Shown here piece by piece: positions 24,360 to 34,032 of a stretch of 46,701 nt of DNA. Where the stretch lies: NCBI GenBank assembly GCA_001687465.1, contig LVLI01000670.1, positions 1 to 46,701 on the forward strand, in the 5' to 3' direction. Each line of letters begins with the position of its first letter. Positions within the stretch are counted from its first letter, which is position 1. Source of the stretch: Halocafeteria seosinensis. Taxonomy: Eukaryota. The translations under genes were made by a program, and so were the position numbers. The notes below the pieces were generated by a model that was not told the DNA's origin, searched no databases, and was given only the letters and a program-made list of their open reading frames with translations.

Positions 24360-24884
24360 CTAATTCCCTCCGAAAACATCTCCCATTCCGTAATTCTGCA
24401 GCTCTCTACTGCAGTGGAACACACTTAGTAACACAGGTAATTCAAAGGAGCAATTTGAAGTACCAACGTACGCATGTGACATCAACGCCTTCGACTGAAC
24501 ATCTGCTAGCTGCAGTTTTGAAATGAATTCCGAGTACTTCTATGAACTCGAAGAAGCCCCACAAACCGCACGAACCTTATCAATGGCTTCGTTGGTTGCC
24601 GTTCTTATGAGGTCTGTTACAACTTCCGGATGATTCTTAATCACCTGGTGCTCCCATTGAACCGAAATATCCTGCACAGTACCGTGTCCGTCAACCGTGA
24701 CATTCACTATACTTCCTCCCGCGCTTCCAATCACTCGTTCCTTTTCCAAGGTATCCACCAGTCGATTCAACGGCGCCATTCCCTGCGTAAACTGGTCACC
24801 GTGCACTTCCCGCGGCTTCATTTCGAGGAGACGACGACGGGCAAAAGGGTAGAAACGGCGAATGAGCTGCGTCACGCGCAACAT
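24360..24884 (-). CDS. YbaB/EbfC family nucleoid-associated protein with presequence-like N-terminus (introns 24510-24575, 24409-24471)
   Basis: VIGSAGGSIVNVTVDGHGTVQDISV...PEVVTDLIRTATNEAIDK is the YbaB/EbfC core. The spliced C-terminus is LADVQSKALMSHARELQNYGMGDVFGGN*. Confidence 0.8.
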
Positions 24885-25391
24885 CTTCCACAAACGCCTA
24901 GGTTCACCAATTTCAATTCCTCAGGTGGTTCACAAAGCAGATCCCTTTTGCTCGCTTCCTCTACATATGTTCCCTCTGCGCGGGAAAAGCGGATTCAGCT
25001 GCGCCTCTGTCTGTCCCACTTGCACACAAATTTCCAAGCTACAGGAAAGGCAGCATCATCTCATATCCTTCGAAGAACTGGACCACACATGGGTTGAACC
25101 TGGGTAGACGAAATGATTGATGCCTACTTGTCCCATATGGGAATCCATGGATCATGGTTTCAAAGTGGCATTTTGCGTTGTCATGTTGCTCCCCTTGACA
25201 ATTGGTAAACATTCAATACTCCACAAGGCCTATAGACTTGATTTGCTTGAAAAAATTGAGCGGCGGATCCTTAGATAAGCTAATATTGGAGTGTAAGCAA
25301 AGGCACTGCAGCAGCCTGGAGGTGTCTGTTCTCGCTAAATACGTATTTCGGTCGATAAGTTGGTAATTCGACGCCCCTTTCTTGAGGAACG

Positions 25392-27093
25392 ATGAGGACA
25401 CTGTTCCACTATATGCTCGCCTTGGGCATGCTCATTTCGGGAAGCATCAATACATTAGGTACGTCGCGAGACAGACAACCACTTATTGAGGGGGCATTGT
25501 CGGTCGCACGAAAACACCTTGGGGTCTCCATAAACGAACGCTCTTCGTAATTCTCGAATGCCCCTGCAGCGACGAAATGGGCGGATAAAATAAAGTCATG
25601 TGGCATATTGGAAGGCGAAAAACGCAAATTTGACCATCCATTGTAAGTGCTCGGTACCTGTCTAGTCTACCATGAGAACGCTTCCTGTAAAATGTTGTTT
25701 ACCGTATGGCTTTGTTTGGTATTAACTCAGCTACCAAGCATGTGGGATGTTCTTGGGAGAGTTTCTCTGCTTGTTCGTGTATCGGTTCCTTAAATGGCGA
25801 AACGCTGATAGTCCGGCTTACAAAAAGGAAGTTGAGGCTAGTAAACCATTCAACAGGGTTTTGTTGCTCCTTCCGGGTAAGTCTTCCATTCCAAAGCAGC
25901 CAAAGCATTTCGATTTTGAGCGACACATCTCACTGTTCCTTCAGCACTTTGCGACATGACCGCAACATCATTGATGTATGTTGGACTAAACCTGGTAAGT
26001 ACCTCACGTCGTTGTTTGTTTGTTGGTGAGAGCACTCTCACCCCCTCAATGTTGCTATTTGTCCAGACATATGCTTCGGTGTTCCAAATGCTTAGAGGAT
26101 CCGTCGTGATATTTACCGGTATATTTACTTATCTCTTTCTCAAAAGGAGACTTAGACCTTTTCGTTGGCTCGGCATGTTCTCAGTCATGATAGGAACTGT
26201 GCTCGTGGGAGTTTCGGGATTCGTCTGTAAGAACCAGAAATCTAATGATGCCCCCAACCAATCAGCGGGAAATACAATAATAATTCTAGCTCAGGTAAGA
26301 TTATGACGATGTTTGTGTCGTGGAAACCTCCGGTCCTGTCATCTCGATTACTCGGCGCAGATTGTGGTGGCGTTCCAAATGGTAGTGGAAGAGAAGTTTA
26401 TTTCAGGATACAACATTCCCTCCCTACAAGTTGTTGGGTGGGAAGGCTTTTGGGGCTTCTCAGTGTTGACCTTCCTCTTATTACCCATGTACTACATTCC
26501 GAGTATGTTTCTTGGTCCTCGGTCATACTTTGATATTGCCAGCGATTACTCGTTATGCTTTCGATGCAGAACCAAGTGCTCTAGCCACATCCGACAATAG
26601 CATAGAAGAACACTTTGAAAGTGCCCCTGATGCAGCTGCTATGATGGGCCGGAATTACCTTCTCAGTATAGCCGTTGTTGGGACGATATTATCAATTGCG
26701 TTTTTCAACTTCTTCGGTATCTCTGTCACCAAATACTTGAATGCCGCCACAAGGATGGTTCTGGACTCCGTCCGCACACTAGTAATTTGGGGATTCTCTT
26801 TGATTACGGGATGGCAAAAATTCTGCTGGATCCAGTTGATTGGTTTCGCAATTCTTCTCACTGGAACGGTGATTTATAACGATGTCCATCCTAAGGTACG
26901 ACTGCCCTACTTTAATTACGATCCGTACCCAGAAGATGAGGAGTACTACAAGGAGCTTGAAGAAGAAGAAGATAAGGACTTAATAACCCGTAAACCTGGT
27001 CACGAAAGCTACAAAGAGAGTCCTTTGTTTCCCTCCCAAGATCAACTTTACACTCCCACTTTGGGCCGGGCAGCAACTCTCAAGCAACACTAA
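25392..27093 (+). CDS. SLC35F6-like nucleotide-sugar/DMT transporter, copy 1 (multi-exon)
   Basis: Begins MRTLFHYMLALGMLISGSINT; contains YASVFQMLRGSVVIFTG, QMVVEEKF, VGWEGFWG and FFNFFGISVTKYLNAATRMVLDSVRT. Confidence 0.88.
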
Positions 27094-27659
27094 TGTTTTG
27101 CACGTGTCAGGGGCTTCAGCTCCTCGGATATGGCGCGTCTCACTGCTTGAGGTTGAGATGAGGATAGAAGTTGCAGTTGTTGCTTTTCTTTGGTATAGAT
27201 GCCAGCAGAGTTCAGAGTTATGGCTTTTGTCTTTGGCGAGAACATTAAGTTCGACTCTTTGAGTCTTTGTCACAGTGTGCTCGCCCTGCTAACTTCTACT
27301 AACGGCGAGAAATACATGTGTATCTGACTTATCAATTAGTTGGGTCTCGGCCGACCATCTACGTGTTTAATCCTTCAGTCGTTTGGAGATCCCAAGACTC
27401 CGCAGTTAAAGTTCCAACGCCCAGAACGGCACTACCTTTGGCTGGAGGGGGTGTACCATTAAGATGAGAGCACGGGTGTTGTTGGAAAGTGCGTGGCTCT
27501 ATAATATAGTTGCAAAAGGTCGTACTACGTGTATACGAGACTTGTAGTGCCCATTGGATAGCGGTCATTCTCCTCCGTTGTTCGAGGTTCTGGGGTCTTT
27601 TTCTCCTTCATATCCTCCATTTTACCACTCATACTGCATTCTACCACTAGTATAGCAAC

Positions 27660-29326
27660 ATGAAGACTCTATTCCACTACATGCTAGCGCTGGGAATGCT
27701 CGTATCGGGGAGTATCAACACATTAGGTGAGCAACAGGGGCAAAAAAAGCTGACCAGACGTCAACTTATCGGTCCTTTCCTGCCATTTACACGTCCACTA
27801 TGAATGCAGCAACCAAATGGGCCGATAGAATCGATTCTTGCGGTGTGATCTCCGGTGAGAGGAGACTGTTTAATCATCCATTGTAAGTGATGGAGCACGT
27901 CCAGTGCTCTGTCGGAGGTCCGCCGCAGACGGGAAATGACGCTATATGAGGTCCATACACCATGATGCAGTTATCAAGCATGCGGGATGTTTATCGGAGA
28001 ATTCCTTTGTTTGTTTGTGTTTCGGATATTGAAATGGAAGAACGCGAACTCGGCGAAACAGAAGGAAGTAGAGGCACTGAAACCATTCAACCGAGTGCTC
28101 TTATTGCTTCCCGGTAAGTCTTACTGGACAATAAGTTACAGGCTTAACTTTCTCGGCAAACCGTGAATTTTTCTGGTGCAGCTTGCTGTGACATGACGGC
28201 CACTTCGCTCATGTACATTGGGTTGACGTTGGTAAGAGTGACACTAACTGCAGTATGCGGCTCACTACTTCTTGAACGAACCGTGTAATTGTGCAGACGT
28301 ATGCGTCAATATTCCAAATGTTGAGAGGCTCTGTAGTAATCTTCACTGGAATTATGAGTTACTTTTTCCTTAAGCGAAAACTGCGCCCGTTCCGTTGGTT
28401 CGGCATGTTCATGGTGCTGATCGGGACTGTGCTGGTGGGAATCTCTTTCCTTGTCTGCGGTGTCCCGAACGGTAAAGATAAACCGACAAACCCTAACCTG
28501 GGGACCATACTTATTGTGTTGGCTCAGGTAAGTTTGATCAGTACATGAAATGGTGTGTTCACTAAGAGAGTGTAGTGTCAATCTGCTAATCCTCCAGGTC
28601 GTCGTTGCATTTCAAATGGTGGTAGAGGAGAAGTTCATATCTGGTTACAATATTCCTTCACTGCAAGTCGTAGGATGGGAGGGGTTCTGGGGTTTTACGG
28701 TGCTGACAACGCTACTTCTACCCATGTACTACATCTCAAGTAAGTATTCGGCCTCATAGTGACCGGGGACTTCTGTATCTTAAGACTAGACTATTGGTGG
28801 CGTTGAACAAGCAGAACCGCATGCATTGGTTGGCAAGAATGAGTCATCTGCACATTTCGAAAACGCCGTTGATGCTGCAGCTATGATGGGAAACAACTGG
28901 CTCTTAAGTCTTGCTTTCAGTGGAACGGTCTTGTCAATTGCATTTTTCAATTTCTTTGGAATTTCCGTAACTAAACATTTAAATGCTGCAACTAGAATGG
29001 TACTTGATTCTGTCCGAACTCTTGTTATCTGGGGATTTTCTTTGATAATCGGTTGGCAGTCATTTTGTTGGATACAACTTGTTGGCTTTAGTATCTTGAT
29101 AACGGGGACAGTCGTGTACAATGACGTGCACAAGTCTATTCGACTTCCGTTTTTCAACTACGATCCTTATCCCGAAGACGAGCAAGCTTACAAAGAATTA
29201 GAAGATGAGGACGAAGATTTGCTTCGGAGAAAATTCAACGCGGAAGCGGAGAGTCCACTCTTCCCATCACAGGACCAACTCTATACCCCGACTTTGGGAA
29301 AGGCCACTACCCTCAGGCAGCACTAG
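27660..29326 (+). CDS. SLC35F6-like transporter, copy 2 (tandem paralog)
   Basis: Begins MKTLFHYMLALGMLVSGSINT; same motifs and intron positions as copy 1; shared C-terminus ESPLFPSQDQLYTPTLG. Confidence 0.88.
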
Positions 29327-29938
29327 TAAACGCGGTATTTTCTCGACGGAGCTTGCAGAGCTACCAGTGTTGGCTTTGGGGCTCAGCTACGGTGCTGTTG
29401 GGTCAATCATATTGTTTTACTTTCACTGGGTCACTGTACTCTTCTGGTTTAGTGCTTAGAACTGGGTTATAAGCTTGTAGCTTAATCAAAATATGAACTA
29501 CCGTTTCGATGCTTTAGCGGAAGGTTTTTCTGACCAACACCTTCCACGTCCCACTTGTATCTCGTAATTTTTCTTGTCAGTGTCCGTTCCGTTGTTGTAT
29601 CAACAAAACGATCCCGATTCCGCTTCCTCAATGTCACTTTTAGTTGAACTTGCAACACGGCAATCTTTTATGAGCCTTTGGGGAAAACGAAAAACGAAAC
29701 GAACCAGTTGCTTCCTTTCGAGGTTTGTTAAGGCTTACTTGTGCATGACCGAGGCACATTTCAACCGAGGCAGGGCGCTCACATCTGGGTTTATCTCTAG
29801 TGGTAGTATAAAGCTCGATCGTGGTGGCAAAGGGGCGATTGAATCGTCTTATATCAGCTGGAATTTGGCCAGTTTTCTGGATATAAAGATCGCCCTATTT
29901 CGGGTGTTTCCCTGCCCGTAGAAGACAATAGACCAACA

Positions 29939-32139
29939 ATGGTTGGAAAGGATAATATTCGGAATCGAAAGAACTCGCCTCCTGTCCCAGGTATGGTTGA
30001 ATAAGCGAAGAAAATAGAGAAAAAAGAATTTGAATTTGGAAGCACACGTGTCGTCGAGCTCATTCAATGTTTGTTTGCTCCTTATACAGTGGGTATTGAC
30101 GTCGATTCGGATCATCCATATGGAGGAGAAGCATCAGAAATCAATGGGACCACACGATCTCCTTCATCAGGGGGATCCTTCGGCCAACTGCATGGCCCAC
30201 GTGCAGCCAAAGGCAAGAAATCCCCGAAAAACAAGGGAGGATCAGTTCTGTATATGGTCTTGATCGGCCTCGCTGTGGTATTATTGGCCGGAGCAGGGTT
30301 TGTCGGATACTATGGCGTCAACAACGTCGTCCAGCGTGGAACTGCGTTCTTGGAACCGCAAGCGGTACCGGGAGATAGTGGGCGTCAGCTTCATGATGAC
30401 AAGATCCAAGAGCAGCGCCAACGAGAGGAGGAAGAGCAACGTAGGAGAGAAGAGGAGGAGGAACGCAGGCGGCAAGAAGAGGAGGTCGAACGGCAGCGTA
30501 GAGAGCAGCAAGAAAAAGAGCACCAGGAAAGAGAAATGAGAGCGAAGATGGAGCAGGAGCACGAAGAACAGGCGAGGCAAAGCCGGGAACTCGAAGAGCG
30601 CTACAAACAGCTCCAAGAGTTTGATCAGAGAATACGGACGATCATTCTCTCCTCCGGAAATGGGCTGTGGAATACAGGAGTGTGGACAGGGTGGGGTGAA
30701 GGAGCGAAAGTAGAACTAATGTGGGCCGCTGCAGGTGTACAAGTTGACAAAAAATGCCCGTTTCGTTGCCACTTTACTCGCGATGAGAACTTGCTTCCTC
30801 AAGCTGATGCAGTTGTACGTCTTCTGTTTTTTACTTGGTCGTTTTCGCTTTGCAAGAAGTGCCAATTCTTTTTCGCGGTTTTATCAGGTAATGGAAACCA
30901 TTAATCATTTGAAGTTCCTCGGAAAAGAGCGGGCTATTAACACGGAAATTCCTTGGCCTGAAAAACGAGAATTTCCCATGAAGGATCCCAAATCAGGTCA
31001 AGTCCCGGAGGGTGAGTTTGTCGGCTCCATTTTGAACTGCATATGTTGGTGCCAATCATGTTCTTGCTTGCTTTACAGGTAAGAGCCCTGTCTTACCGTT
31101 GGTAGGCCAATTTTACTTCGAGCCAACGCAGGGTGATCACTATGACTTTACAAGTATGTCTGGTGGCTGTTTTCTTTGACTGGGTCCTGTCGCATGATAT
31201 TCGATTGCTTGCTTCCAGGCTCTCCTAAGTTGCAAGAGAATATTGACTTCCGTGTAGTACCGGGGAAAGAAGCGGAGCTTCCAATCACACTGGTCTGCCC
31301 ATGGGGGCGCAGTAAGGAGGCCTTTTTGGAGCAGCCACCACAGAAAGACAATGAAAGGTACGCGCTGGACGAGCCTAAAGAATTTCCGTTGGCCGTTCAA
31401 TCTCTATTTTGGCTGCAGAATGCTCGCATACTTCAATGAGCATGGCAACGCTCCCGAATTCAATGACTTCCTCAATGTGAGTACTGCTGTCCTTTTGATC
31501 ATCCTTTTGTGGCGAAGCTACCAATGTTTTCCCTAGTACAGAGGCTTTTTGAATTGGGACAAGATCGCATCCATAGTTTCATTCATAGGAAGAATAGGGA
31601 GATGCCAGTAGAAGCTGGGGGGAACCCTTTCCAATTGGAAAATCGCCTCCGCTTTTTATGTAAGCATTATGCTTGAGAGCATGTTACTTTTCGTCTATAT
31701 TAATGCCGAACGCGAGCTTGTAAATTTTCCAGCGGAATACAAATTCCATCTCATCACAGAAGCGACTTTAGAAGAAAACTGGGTGGCCCCTGAATGGAGT
31801 CAAGCATTCGCTGCTGGAACGGTTCCTGTATGTGGTTGTGCCTCTTACATTGCTTGCTTTAAAATGTTTGCACTGTGTAGCGCACTGCAGGTTTACATGG
31901 GTGCTCCAAATATCGATGAGTTCGCTCCCGGACCAAAGAGTTTCATCAACGCTCGCGATTTCTCCTCTGCCGACGAACTATGGGATTTCCTGAATCATTT
32001 GAACCAGAATGAGGAAGAGTATATGCAATATCACGAATGGAAGAAGAACGGACTTTCCGAAACATTCGAAGCAAAACTGCATCAGTGCGCGCACTATGCC
32101 GAATGCCGGATTTGCGAGCACGTGGTTCGAAGAACTTGA
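29939..32139 (+). CDS. GT10 (alpha-1,3/4-fucosyltransferase-like) type II membrane glycosyltransferase
   Basis: N-terminal TM helix, Glu/Arg/Gln stem, CPFRCHFT...ADAVV, and C-terminal YKFHL...AFAAGTVPVYMGAPNI...SFINARDF...YMQYHEWK. Eight introns traced in frame (29991-30089 to 31828-31890). Confidence 0.8.
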
Positions 32140-32481
32140 GAGGTCTTTCACGAGAATGTCACCTTGGCTGTTGCATTGCATGTGAACTAAATGTATAATG
32201 AGTGTAATGTAATCTACAATTGAGTCACTATGTTGCTAATGTACAACCCATAACATTTCTTTTGTATGTTGTAGACTTCCATTGACCGTATTGTAGAAGA
32301 CGCTGGAACGGGGAAATCCACGAAACGATGCCAGCATGAGCATCATGGAAGACATTGTTTGAGTTAGATAGCATACAAATTAAGAAATATGATTATTGTT
32401 GTAACAATTCTTGCGAATCAAGGGAAACACACTCTGTTTAGTTAATTAAACAATCGGTGCTATGCCGTGACTTCGAATTGT

Positions 32482-33691
32482 TTATGGGCTCATGGGTCCC
32501 CATACGTTCTTGGGTACACCCCAACTGCACTGTTCTTCGATTCCAAGGTTGTCGACACCACGTACGATGCGGAACCAACCGTGTTCACCCCAGTACATGC
32601 CCCAAGAGTTGCGGCCAATCCAGTAGGGAAGCTTGGAACCATCGTTCTGTACTTCTTCACCCCATCCAACAACAGAGATGATATGATCAATATTCCTGGC
32701 TCCGGTGTGGTCATAGATAATGCCACCATAGTAGTCTTCCATGGGGCCGGCGTCTACACCGCAAGCAATTGGCCCACGAGCGTATATTTCGGCCATCATC
32801 TTCTTCTCTCCTGCAACGGTGCCGTATTCTGTAATCTCGTAGTTAGTGTAGTTGCTCTTCGGTACAGCGAAGCAGTTGGATTCACCCCATGGGTTGCAGT
32901 TCTTGCAGACATGTTCATCGGTGCACTGGTTATCGGTGGCTTGGTACTGTTGGCAAGTATCGTCGGGAATACCGTTCTCATGGACATATTGGAAGGCGCC
33001 TGTAGCAGTACCACCGTGGCAGGTTCCGGCGACATCTTGTCCACAGTTTAGGATCACCTGGATAGCGAAGTTGATATCAGGCCAAGCAGCGCCGCGCATG
33101 ATTTTGACGCGGTCAGCAAGAGAACTCATGGCACCATGAGCCCAGCAAGATCCGCAATAAGTAGGGATGTGTTGGTTCAAGTTCTTGGTCACGTAGTTCA
33201 CTCCGGAGACGTTAGTCCAGGTGAATTCACTAGGAAGACTCGAGACGTCAATGTACTGCAGACCAAAAACATTTCGAAAACGTCAGAGTCGGCAAGTTCA
33301 AGTTCCCACACTTCCACACGGAAAAGGAGCTGAAGTTCAGTATGCAACTTCAACATGCCCGGGAACAAGAGAACGACAAAAACACGTCAGGCACACACCC
33401 CAGGGAGATCTAAGGGGAAGAACACGGCTCAGGGATCCCAGGATCCTCCTCAAAAGGCAAAAACCCGCACCACTTTACACTTCGGTTTACGCTTTATCAA
33501 GGCATATCATATCCAATGCACACGGGGGAAACTTTGTTACATACCTCATGAGGTCGGGCGGTCTTGACCACCTCTAATTTGTCGTGCTTGGGCATAACCT
33601 TGATCTCATTCGGGCGTCCTTTGTTGGAGGACGCCGAGGCCACCGCCGCGATGGCGGACACCACCAACAACGTAGAAGCAATAGAGCGCAT
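32482..33691 (-). CDS. CTSZ: Cathepsin Z/X (papain family C1A); intron 33256-33544
   Basis: Signal peptide, short propeptide, NQHIPTYCGSCWAHG (cathepsin X mini-loop plus catalytic Cys), HIISVVGWG and YWIGRNSWGMYWGEHG. Confidence 0.95.
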
Positions 33692-34032
33692 TATTCGTAC
33701 TGTGTTAATCTCGATAGTAGACAAAGTTAACTTCTGATAACTGTGTTATATATCAATACCGAGTGAATCATTAGACTTGACAAGTGTTATTGGCCACTGG
33801 GCGGAGCCCGGATTCCGGGCGCTTAGCCCGGCTGGTGGGAACCATACAACGGCACACGGTGTGCCGCACACCGTTATACGACTCACTGGCCACGGTTCCA
33901 CCATGGTGACTGAAAAGAAGATTTCACGAAAAAGAAAGGAATATAGGAAGAACACCCTTTGACACTAAAAGCAATCGTTTGCTTCGGGAAATCTATCGCA
34001 AGCGTTCATTTCTCAGGTGTTATCAAGATGGA

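Noticed and set aside
32467..33051. 194-aa plus-strand ORF
   Set aside because: It lies wholly antisense to cathepsin Z and has no recognisable motif.
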